Shown here: positions 47,381-55,482 of the stretch, one piece after another | Layout: every line of letters starts with the position of its first letter | Position numbering within the stretch: the stretch's first letter is position 1 | Origin: Minisyncoccota bacterium | GTDB taxonomy: Bacteria > Patescibacteriota > Minisyncoccia > Phycocordibacterales > JABAAK01 | NCBI GenBank assembly: GCA_963668425.1 | Contig: OY764332.1 | Location: 359,504-423,503 of the forward strand | Reading direction: 5' to 3' | Length of the DNA: 64,000 nucleotides | Position numbers and translations under genes: made by a program | The notes under the pieces: generated by a model | The model's input: only the letters and a program-made list of their open reading frames with translations | Told to the model about the DNA's origin: nothing | The model's database searches: none

Positions 47381-48052
47381 ATGACACATTCATCACATCC
47401 TTATGGTTTTAGATTAGGCATTACCCGGGACTGGCGTACCCAGTGGTTTGCTAGTGATCGCAAAAAGTATCAGTCGCTGTTGCGGGAGGATTACTATATT
47501 CGCACTTTTCTTGAGAAAGATCTGAGTAGTAAGATGGTGAGTAGTATTTTGTTTGAGCGGGAGCGGGATACCTTAGTTATTACTATTAAGACCGCTCGTC
47601 CAGGACTTATTATTGGTAGAGAGGGTGCCGGTATTGAAGATTTAATACTTCGTGTGAAACATCTTGCTCGCAAACGTGCCTTGAATGATGATATTAAGAT
47701 ACGTGTTGAGGAGGTTCGGTATGTTGAGCAGGATGCTATGCTGGTTGCTGAGTCAATCGTTGAGTCGCTTAAGCGGTATATGCATCCGCGCCGCTTGATA
47801 AAGCACACTGTTGAGAAAGTTATGGCAAATCGGAATGTGCGTGGGTGTCGGATTACTATCTCGGGGCGGTTAGGAGGTGCTGAGATTGCCCGGACTGAGA
47901 GTGTTAAAAAGGGGAGTATACCGTTGCAGACCCTGCGTGCTGATATAGATTATGCACAGAAAGAGGCCGTTCTTTCATACGGCACACTTGGTATCAAGGT
48001 TTGGATATACAAGGGGGATATTGAGAGAGAAAAAAAAGAAGATAAAGGGTAG
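47381..48052 (+). CDS. rpsC: 30S ribosomal protein S3.
   Basis: 'GFRLGITRDWRTQWFA', KH domain, 'GREGAGIEDL'. Confidence 0.85.
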   Translation: MTHSSHPYGFRLGITRDWRTQWFASDRKKYQSLLREDYYIRTFLEKDLSSKMVSSILFERERDTLVITIKTARPGLIIGREGAGIEDLILRVKHLARKRALNDDIKIRVEEVRYVEQDAMLVAESIVESLKRYMHPRRLIKHTVEKVMANRNVRGCRITISGRLGGAEIARTESVKKGSIPLQTLRADIDYAQKEAVLSYGTLGIKVWIYKGDIEREKKEDKG

Positions 48053-48053
48053 T

Positions 48054-48470
48054 ATGTTGTTTCCTAAGAAGGTAAAATATCGTAAATTTCAGCGGATGCG
48101 GAGTTTTCTCGGCAATAGGAATGCTGGTCGTGGTGCTACTGTTGTTTTTGGTACCTATGGCATGAAGGCGATGTCTCAAAAGCGGGTTCGTTCTAATCAA
48201 ATAGAGGCGGCGCGGAAAGTTATTGTGCGGACGCTCGGGAAGACCGGTCGGGTGTGGATTCGCATTTTTCCTGATCGTCCATGGACGCAGAAAGCAGCTG
48301 AAATGGGTATGGGTAAAGGGAAGGGAGACCCGCAAGGGTTTGAGGTTGAGGTTTTGCCGGGGCGAGTTTTGTTTGAAGTGTCGGGTGTTTCGGAGGATGT
48401 GGCGCGGAGCGCTATTGTGCAGGCGGGAAAGAAGTTGCCGGTGAAGGTAAAGCTTGTTACCAAGGTGTAG
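48054..48470 (+). CDS. rplP: 50S ribosomal protein L16.
   Basis: 'MLFPKKVKYRKFQRMRSFLGNRNAGRG...' canonical L16. Start at the ATG one nt after the rpsC stop. Confidence 0.85.
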   Translation: MLFPKKVKYRKFQRMRSFLGNRNAGRGATVVFGTYGMKAMSQKRVRSNQIEAARKVIVRTLGKTGRVWIRIFPDRPWTQKAAEMGMGKGKGDPQGFEVEVLPGRVLFEVSGVSEDVARSAIVQAGKKLPVKVKLVTKV

Positions 48471-48607
48471 CCCTTATCTGTCTGTGTATGAAATATGTTT
48501 GTTGCTATTTATTATTGGTAAGTAGTTGAGTGTATGTTCTTGATGGTTGTTGTGTGTAAAAAAATAATATGCGGCTTTGTGGTGGTTTTCCAAAGCCGCA
48601 ATTTATG

Positions 48608-49213
48608 TTACTTGTATAGGTTGAGTTCGGTGAGGAGATGGATCGCGTTATTGAAGACATCTTTCGGTAAGGGTATGTTTCTATCCGCCGCATGCCTCTT
48701 GATGTCTGAGATAGTACGTTCTATCGGTAGATTGTTCGGTTGGTGGTGGCTATGTAGCAGATGAGTTGCGACTGAAAGAGCGTGCCAATCTTTGCCGCTC
48801 GGATGCTCGTTGACTTGATCAATAACCCCTTGCCATCTCTTGAAATCGGGGTTGTTGGTGGTGAGGTATCGGTCTTCAATTTGTTCACAGGAAAGTGTTA
48901 CAAGTTTTTGGCGTAATTCACCACAATAGTTTTCTGTGCCTTCACTTTCCTTATTTACTATCTTTGCGAGATCAAACCATCCTATCATTCTTATTCTGTC
49001 TTGTATGAAATTGCTAGCTATGCCGCCGGTATGGTTCTGACTGAATCCGAATAGGTCAAGTTTGCGCATTTTCTCTACCAAGTAGCATTTCTTGGTTAGG
49101 TACGGAAATCCAAATAATCCCTCATTGCCCTCTGATCTTATAATTTCCAGCAGGACGGTTAGGGTGTAGGATGTGGATGTCTCTCCAAAAGAGTTGAACC
49201 TTTCAAATTTCAA
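48608..49213 (-). CDS. Hypothetical protein (201 aa) encoded antisense within the ribosomal-protein gene block, between rplP and rpmC. Family not recognised.
   Basis: TTG start preceded by a strong SD (TAGGAGGT, 7-nt spacing). Its own terminator hairpin GCGGCTTTG..CAAAGCCGC plus a U-run at ~48557-48599. Cytoplasmic-looking and His-rich (HLLHSHHQ). Confidence 0.5.
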   Translation of the reverse strand: MKFERFNSFGETSTSYTLTVLLEIIRSEGNEGLFGFPYLTKKCYLVEKMRKLDLFGFSQNHTGGIASNFIQDRIRMIGWFDLAKIVNKESEGTENYCGELRQKLVTLSCEQIEDRYLTTNNPDFKRWQGVIDQVNEHPSGKDWHALSVATHLLHSHHQPNNLPIERTISDIKRHAADRNIPLPKDVFNNAIHLLTELNLYK

Positions 49214-49574
49214 TATCGTAACCTCCTATGTAAAAGTGTTCAGTACTGTATTGGGTCTTTGTCAAGTATACCATATTTAGTTCCTTTGCCTTGAATGTAA
49301 ATAGCTACGTTGCCATTGGTATATAAAAGGCGATATTTGCATGATGTTTGGTTAGAGGAAATGCCTGTTGCCAGTACTGTTGTCCGAAAGCAGGTTGCTC
49401 TGTGTGGTGGTGCATGAAATGAGGTGGTAGGTGTGTGGGTTTTTGCTACTGGGTGTGGTAGTATGGAAATGTATGGTGAAGAAACGTGTTAGTAGCACGA
49501 AAAAGGAAATGACGGATCTCTCTTCTGGTGATGCTAAGAAGGCAACTGCCTCGCAACGCAAGAAAGCGTCAAAA

Positions 49575-49769
49575 ATGCCAAAGGTAATGAAGAAGGAGGA
49601 TTTAGTTGAGCAGATGCATAAGCACAAGAAAGGAGTGCAGGAGATGCGGTTTGGGCTTTCTAAAGAGGGGCAGCAGAAAGGTGATTCCCGTCAGAATTTG
49701 CGTAAGCAGATTGCTCGGACGGCGACACAGTTGACTGCGTTGCGAAAAAATGATGGTGTACGTGCGTGA
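49575..49769 (+). CDS. rpmC: 50S ribosomal protein L29. Start uncertain; upstream in-frame starts at 49509 or 49473 would add a basic N-terminal extension.
   Basis: 'MKKEDLVEQMHKHKKGVQEMRFGLSKEGQQKGDSRQNLRKQIARTATQLTALRK' is the L29 pattern. AAAGGA SD before the 49509 ATG. Confidence 0.6.
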   Translation: MPKVMKKEDLVEQMHKHKKGVQEMRFGLSKEGQQKGDSRQNLRKQIARTATQLTALRKNDGVRA

Positions 49770-49832
49770 TACTTGGTGTCGCGTAAAAATTGTATTTGTG
49801 CCATACTGTATGTATCTTATATACCTTTGTAT

Positions 49833-50081
49833 ATGGAAGAGAAAAAGAACAGAAAAACGTTGCGTGGGGTAGTGGTTTCAGACAAGATGCAGGACACTGT
49901 TGTAGTGGCAGTTGATAGGTATGTGCGACATCCTGTGTATGGCAAGTATCGGCGTATAACCAAGCGGTATAAAGCACATTGTCCGGGGAGTGATGTCCTT
50001 ATGGGTGAGCAGGTGGTCATAGAGTCGTGTCGACCTATTTCAAAAGAAAAGCATTTCCAAATAATTTCTGAGAACATATGA
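49833..50081 (+). CDS. rpsQ: 30S ribosomal protein S17.
   Basis: 'KTLRGVVVSDKMQDTVVVAVDRYVRHPVYGKYRRITKRYKAHC' is canonical S17. Start at the internal ATG. Confidence 0.85.
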   Translation: MEEKKNRKTLRGVVVSDKMQDTVVVAVDRYVRHPVYGKYRRITKRYKAHCPGSDVLMGEQVVIESCRPISKEKHFQIISENI

Positions 50082-50449
50082 TACAGCCACAGACCATTGT
50101 AAAAGTAACTGATAACTCGGGTGCAAAGATTGCGCGAGTGTTTAAGGTCTTGAGAGGGAGTAAGCGGCGGTATGCGCGGATTGGTGATGAGGTGGTGTGT
50201 GCGGTGCAGATTGCGGAACCTCGGAAAGAGGTGAAAAAGAAACAGGTGGTACATGCAGTGGTGGTGCGGCAGCGGAAGCCGTTTCGTCGGGAGGATGGGT
50301 CATATGTTTCTTTTAGCGAGAATGCGGTTGTGGTGGTGGATAGTAAAAAGAAAGAGCCGTTATCAACCCGTGTTTTTGGTCCGGTGCCGCGGGAGCTTGA
50401 AAAGGTTGGGTATGGCAGAATAACTTCTATGGCACCTGAGGTGGTGTAA
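50078..50449 (+). CDS. rplN: 50S ribosomal protein L14.
   Basis: 'MIQPQTIVKVTDNSGAKIARVFKVLRGSKRRYARIGDEVVCAV' is canonical L14. Confidence 0.9.
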   Translation: MIQPQTIVKVTDNSGAKIARVFKVLRGSKRRYARIGDEVVCAVQIAEPRKEVKKKQVVHAVVVRQRKPFRREDGSYVSFSENAVVVVDSKKKEPLSTRVFGPVPRELEKVGYGRITSMAPEVV

Positions 50450-50461
50450 TACAATACTATT

Positions 50462-50815
50462 ATGAAAATACATACTGGAGATATCGTGACTGTGTGCAAG
50501 GGCGTTGACCGTGGTAAGGAAGGTGCTGTTTTGCGTGTGTTGCAGGAGAGTGGCAAGGTTGTGGTTGCTGGTGTGAATATTCGTACCTTCCATAGGAAGC
50601 CACAAGCCGGCGAGGAAAAAGGTCGTATTGAAAAGAAAGAGGCGCCTATTGATTGTTCTAATGTGATGTTGCTTGATCCATCAGATAAGCAGCGGACGCG
50701 AGTTGGTTACACTGGGCTTGGTCGGGAAAAGAAGCGAATTGCTACGCGTACTGGTGCCGTGCTTAAAAATATTTCTAAGAAAAAGAAGAGTGCTTCTGTT
50801 CAAGAAAAAGTATAA
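50462..50815 (+). CDS. rplX: 50S ribosomal protein L24.
   Basis: 'MKIHTGDIVTVCKGVDRGKEGAVLRV...' KOW motif. Confidence 0.85.
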   Translation: MKIHTGDIVTVCKGVDRGKEGAVLRVLQESGKVVVAGVNIRTFHRKPQAGEEKGRIEKKEAPIDCSNVMLLDPSDKQRTRVGYTGLGREKKRIATRTGAVLKNISKKKKSASVQEKV

Positions 50816-50817
50816 TT

Positions 50818-51360
50818 ATGACTATAGTAGAGACAAAAATGAATAGTGCATTTGAAACATTGAAAACTTTGTTTCAATGGAAGAATGCTATGCAGGTGCC
50901 GAGAGTTGAGAAGGTTGTTATTTCAGTTGGTGTTGGGCGTGTGCGTAAAGATAAACAACGGATTGACTTAATACAGGATCGTTTGGCGAAGATTGCCGGG
51001 CAGAAGGTGGTTCCTCGAAAAGCGAAGAAATCCATTGCCTCTTTTAAGTTGCGGGATGGTGAATGTGTCGGATTTATGACTACTTTGCGTGGCAAAAAAA
51101 TGTATGCGTTTTTGGATAAGTTTATCAATGTTGCTATTCCCCGGACACGTGATTTTCGTGGCATACCAAGGCATTCCGTTGATGAGGTGGGTAATTTGAC
51201 TATCGGTGTGTCTGAACATACGATATTTCCTGAGACACCAGATGAAAACTTGCAGGATATTTTTGGCATGTCGGTAACTGTTGTTACCACGGCTCAGGAT
51301 AGGGAAGAGTCGTTGGCATTTTTGCGACACATTGGTGTACCTTTTGTTGATGCGAGTTAG
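50818..51360 (+). CDS. rplE: 50S ribosomal protein L5.
   Basis: 'NAMQVPRVEKVVISVGVGR...DFRGIPRHSVDEVGNLTIGVSEHTIFPE' is canonical L5. Confidence 0.85.
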   Translation: MTIVETKMNSAFETLKTLFQWKNAMQVPRVEKVVISVGVGRVRKDKQRIDLIQDRLAKIAGQKVVPRKAKKSIASFKLRDGECVGFMTTLRGKKMYAFLDKFINVAIPRTRDFRGIPRHSVDEVGNLTIGVSEHTIFPETPDENLQDIFGMSVTVVTTAQDREESLAFLRHIGVPFVDAS

Positions 51361-51509
51361 TGTTGTATTTGTGGTGTTGATTTATCTGTTTTTGATATAC
51401 GTGCCACCTATCATATTTTTTATTTTTGTCCAGTTTCCACAGATTTGATTTTGTTGTTGTGTGGGCGGGTGTTTTGGTGGTGCTATGGGTGTGTACACTA
51501 CTGTTGTTT

Positions 51510-52589
51510 ATGAGTGATATTGTGTTGCCATCTGGGTATCATTTTGGGTCGGTACCTTCGTCACCAACTGTGGCTGGTGACGGTGTTATTGCTGATATTA
51601 CTGATAGTGATGATGAACCGTTGTTGCGGGAGAATAAAGATCGGTTTGTCTTGTTTCCTATTGAGCATAATGATATTTGGGAGTTTTATAGACATGCGGT
51701 GGCGAATTTTTGGGTGCCGGAGGAAGTAAATTTTTCTGACGATATCAGTCACTGGCAGGAGCGGCTGAGTGATAATGAACGGCATTTTGTTAAGCATATT
51801 TTAGCGTTTTTTGCGGCTTCTGATGGGATTGTGAATGAGAATTTAGCAGAGGACTTTTTGGAGCGAGTGCAGTATACAGAGGCAAAATTTTTTTATGGGT
51901 TCCAAATTGCGGTTGAGAATATTCATTCGCACACCTATTCGTTGTTTATTGATACGTATATAAAAGATAGGTCCGAGCAGGATTATTTGTTACATGCCGT
52001 TGAAACAGTTCCATCGGTGAAAAAGAAGGCGGATTGGGCGTTGCGGTGGATTGAGCGGGGGAGTTTTGTGGAGCGTTTAGTCGCGTTTGCTATTGTTGAA
52101 GGTATTTTCTTTTCAGGGAGTTTTTGTTCTATTTTTTGGTTGAAACACCGAGGATTGATGCCGGGGTTGTCGTTTGCGAATCAGTTGATTTCTCGGGATG
52201 AGGGATTGCATCGTGATTTTGCGTGCTTGTTGTATCGTGATCATATTGAGCAGCAGATGCCGCGGGAGAAACTGATATCTGTTATACAGGAGGCGGTCGC
52301 ACTGGAGAAGGAGTTTGTTACAGAGTCGTTGCCGGTGCGGTTAATTGGTATGAATGCTGATAAGATGTCACAGTATATTGAATATGTGACAGATCACTTG
52401 TTGGTGGAGATGGGGTTGGAGAAGCTGTTTAATGCCTCCAATCCGTTTGATTTTATGGATATGATTTCGTTGGAGGGTAAGACGAATTTTTTTGAGCGGA
52501 GGGTGTCGGAGTATCAGAAGGCAGGTGTGGCAACTGGTGGTGAACAGGAAACCGCGCGGCTGGACTTTAATTTAGATCAGGATTTTTAG
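51510..52589 (+). CDS. nrdB: Ribonucleotide reductase class I small subunit (R2).
   Basis: '[29 protein letters not shown]', di-iron ligand contexts ([24 protein letters not shown]), and a C-terminal R1-binding tail ending '...DF'. Start moved to the ATG 'MSDIVLP', because the listed start is a TTG. Confidence 0.85.
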   Translation: MSDIVLPSGYHFGSVPSSPTVAGDGVIADITDSDDEPLLRENKDRFVLFPIEHNDIWEFYRHAVANFWVPEEVNFSDDISHWQERLSDNERHFVKHILAFFAASDGIVNENLAEDFLERVQYTEAKFFYGFQIAVENIHSHTYSLFIDTYIKDRSEQDYLLHAVETVPSVKKKADWALRWIERGSFVERLVAFAIVEGIFFSGSFCSIFWLKHRGLMPGLSFANQLISRDEGLHRDFACLLYRDHIEQQMPREKLISVIQEAVALEKEFVTESLPVRLIGMNADKMSQYIEYVTDHLLVEMGLEKLFNASNPFDFMDMISLEGKTNFFERRVSEYQKAGVATGGEQETARLDFNLDQDF

Positions 52590-52590
52590 T

Positions 52591-55035
52591 ATGATGTATG
52601 TTCTTAAAAGAAGTGGAGAGCGGGAAGAAGTGCGGTTTGATGCCGTTTTGGAGCGAATTTCCGCGTTGACTGATGGTTTGGATAAGAGGTTTATTGATCC
52701 GGCGGAGATCACACAGCGAGTTGTTGATGGTTTGTATGATGGGATTAAGACAACTGATTTGGATGAGTTGGCGGCACAGGTGTGTGCATCTATGGCGACG
52801 GTGCATTTTGATTTTGCTCGTCTGGCGGCGCGAATTGCTATCTCTAATTTGCACAAGGAGACACATGCTTCTTTTTCTGAGACGGTGAAGAAATTGCATG
52901 CCTATGTTGAGCCGCGGACGGGATTGCATGCGCCGTTTGTGTCTGATGAGTTGCTTGAGTTGGTTACATTGCACGGTGAAAAAATAGATGCAGCGATTGA
53001 TCACAGTCGGGATTATGAGATGTTTGACTATTTTGGTATCAAGACCTTAGGGAAGGGATATCTCATGTCGTTTGGTGATGTTCCGGTTGAGCGACCGCAG
53101 CATATGTTTATGCGGGTTGCACTTGGGATACATGGTAGTGACTTTGATGCGGTGTTTGAGACCTATGATCATCTTTCTTTGAAGGATTTTACGCATGCCA
53201 CACCGACATTATTTAATGCAGGTACACCACTGCCGCAGATGAGTTCGTGTTTTTTGGTGGCGATGTCGGATGATAGCATTAAGGGGATTTATAAAACGTT
53301 GTCTGATGCTGCATTAATTTCACAGCATGCGGGTGGTTTGGGTATCAATGTACACAATGTTCGCGCAAAGGGGAGTTTCATTGCTGGATCTCGTGGATAC
53401 TCTAATGGATTGGTGCCAATGTTGCGAAATTTTAATGAAACAGCTCGATATGTTGACCAAGGGGGTGGTAAACGGAAAGGGGCATTTTGTGTGTATCTTG
53501 AGCCGTGGCATGCTGATGTGTTTGACTTTCTTGATTTGCGGAAAAATCATGGAGCAGAGGAGATGCGGACACGAGATTTGTTTTTGGGGTTGTGGATTCC
53601 TGATGAGTTTATGCGGCGTGTTGAGGTGGATGGTGAGTGGACACTGATGTGTCCGAAGGAGTGTCCGGGGTTGTATACCTCTCATGGGGAGGAGTTTGAG
53701 TCGCTGTATCGTCGGTATGAACAGGAAGGACGGGGACGTAAGACCATAAGAGCGCGGGATTTATGGCATACCATTATTGATTCGCAGATAGAAACAGGCA
53801 CACCGTTTATGCTGTATAAGGATTCGGCGAATCGGAAGTCCAATCAGAAGAATTTGGGGACGATTCGCAGTAGTAATTTGTGTACTGAAATTATTGAATA
53901 TTCTGATGAGAAGGAGACAGCGATGTGTAATTTGGCATCTATTTGTGTGAATAAATTTGTTCAGCCGGATGGATCATATGATTTTAAGCGGTTACATGCT
54001 GTGACAAAGGTGGCGTGTCGTAACCTGAACAAGGTGATTGATCGAAACCATTATGTGGTACCGGAGTCGTCATACTCTAATTTGCGGCATAGACCTATTG
54101 GTATCGGAGTGCAGGGGCTTGCTGATGCGTTTGCTTTATTGAAGTACTCGTTTGATGAGTCGCGAGCACGGGAGTTGAACAAAAGTATTTTTGAGACAAT
54201 TTATCACGGAGCAGTTGAGGCGTCTATTGAGTTGGCGAAGAAGGATGGAGCATATGAGACCTTTGCAGGATCTCCCGCATCTGAGGGGAAGTTTCAGTTT
54301 GATTTATGGGGAGTGATTCCTGATTCTGGATTGTGGGACTGGGAGGCAGTCCGGAAAGAAATGATTGAGCATGGTTTGCGGAATTCGTTGTTTTTGGCAC
54401 CGATGCCAACAGCGACGACGGCGCAGATATTTGGTAATAATGAGTCGGTGGAGCCGTTTACTTCTAACTTGTATGTGCGGCGAGTGTTGTCTGGAGAATT
54501 TATTGTGATCAATAAGCATTTGTTGCGGGATTTACAGGAGTTGGGTATTTGGAATGAGGATATGCGTATGCGGTTGATTGCTGCGCGCGGTTCAGTGCAG
54601 GATATTGTGGAGATTCCTGAGGAGGTGCGGCAGAGGTATCGTACGGTATGGGAGATATCACAACGGCATATTGTTGATATGGCAGCTGATCGAGGTCCAT
54701 ATATTTGTCAGAGTATGAGTTTGAATATTCATATGCGGGATGCGACTGCCGGGAAGTTGACTGCGTTACATTTTCACACATGGAAGCGTGGGTTGAAGAC
54801 CGGAATGTACTATTTACGTAATACGCCGGCTGTTGAGGCGGTGCAATTTACTGTTGATAAAACAAAGGTTGAAGGTGGTGTGGTGCAAAAAGTACGTGAT
54901 TCTGATGTTTCAGACGTGCCCTCATCGGTGACGGAGGTGGATTTGGCACAGGAGGTTGAGGAAGAGGTTGCTTCGGTGACGGCTTCTGGAGGAGATGATG
55001 AAGATAAGAATATGTGTATCTCTTGTGGGTCTTGA
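52591..55035 (+). CDS. nrdA: Ribonucleotide reductase class Ia large subunit (R1) with an N-terminal ATP-cone.
   Basis: ATP-cone 'MYVLKRSGEREEVRFDAVLERISAL'. Active-site regions 'NLCTEI' and 'PMPTATTAQIFGNNESVEPFTSNLYVRR'. C-terminal Cys pair 'CISCGS'. Confidence 0.9.
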   Translation: MMYVLKRSGEREEVRFDAVLERISALTDGLDKRFIDPAEITQRVVDGLYDGIKTTDLDELAAQVCASMATVHFDFARLAARIAISNLHKETHASFSETVKKLHAYVEPRTGLHAPFVSDELLELVTLHGEKIDAAIDHSRDYEMFDYFGIKTLGKGYLMSFGDVPVERPQHMFMRVALGIHGSDFDAVFETYDHLSLKDFTHATPTLFNAGTPLPQMSSCFLVAMSDDSIKGIYKTLSDAALISQHAGGLGINVHNVRAKGSFIAGSRGYSNGLVPMLRNFNETARYVDQGGGKRKGAFCVYLEPWHADVFDFLDLRKNHGAEEMRTRDLFLGLWIPDEFMRRVEVDGEWTLMCPKECPGLYTSHGEEFESLYRRYEQEGRGRKTIRARDLWHTIIDSQIETGTPFMLYKDSANRKSNQKNLGTIRSSNLCTEIIEYSDEKETAMCNLASICVNKFVQPDGSYDFKRLHAVTKVACRNLNKVIDRNHYVVPESSYSNLRHRPIGIGVQGLADAFALLKYSFDESRARELNKSIFETIYHGAVEASIELAKKDGAYETFAGSPASEGKFQFDLWGVIPDSGLWDWEAVRKEMIEHGLRNSLFLAPMPTATTAQIFGNNESVEPFTSNLYVRRVLSGEFIVINKHLLRDLQELGIWNEDMRMRLIAARGSVQDIVEIPEEVRQRYRTVWEISQRHIVDMAADRGPYICQSMSLNIHMRDATAGKLTALHFHTWKRGLKTGMYYLRNTPAVEAVQFTVDKTKVEGGVVQKVRDSDVSDVPSSVTEVDLAQEVEEEVASVTASGGDDEDKNMCISCGS

Positions 55036-55328
55036 CTCGGGTATCCGTTGTACACTTTTTTACCGTAAGCGGCACTCCACAATCTTTCTTTTGTAGGGGG
55101 AGATAAGCAGGAACTCCCAACAAAAGAAAATTGTTCCGTACCATAGATTTGTTGCTTGTTCAACGTGTACCTCTCGCATGTGGGTTGGGCGATATTTGGT
55201 TGGTGTTGGGTTGAATGGGGTGCTTGTCGCGGGTACTGTGTTTGGTTAAACGGGGTGATCTTCACTGGGTAAATATTGCCTGTGTTCTGCGTACTTATTT
55301 TTGTTTATTTTGATGGTAGTATGCAGAT

Positions 55329-55366
55329 GTAGGGTTGATAGGTGTATACACCCTACAAGATTTTTT
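55329..55366 (+). terminator. Hairpin GTAGGGT-TGATAGGTGTATACA-ACCCTAC followed by TTTTTT, ~290 nt downstream of nrdA.
   Basis: 7-bp stem containing an inner palindromic GGTGTATACACC, followed by a T-run. Confidence 0.5.
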
Positions 55367-55419
55367 ACGAGAGACGACTGTTAGTGCTTTGGTGTAGGCA
55401 CTCGGATATTTCGTCTCAA

Positions 55420-55456
55420 CAAAAGAGAGCCCTCCCTGGACTCTCTTTTGTTTTTT
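55420..55456. terminator. Bidirectional rho-independent terminator (CAAAAGAGAG-CCCTCCCTGGA-CTCTCTTTTG + TTTTTT) at the convergent nrdA/recG junction.
   Basis: Perfect 10-bp stem, A-run upstream and T-run downstream, 27 nt from the recG stop. Confidence 0.7.
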
Positions 55457-55482
55457 ATACGTGGGAAGATGTATATATTGCT

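Noticed and set aside
48608-49213. HEPN nuclease assignment for the antisense 201-aa protein
   Set aside because: The only candidate, 'RTISDIKRH', has 7 residues between R and H, which is outside the R-x(4-6)-H HEPN spacing. No second supporting motif was found, so the protein is left unassigned.
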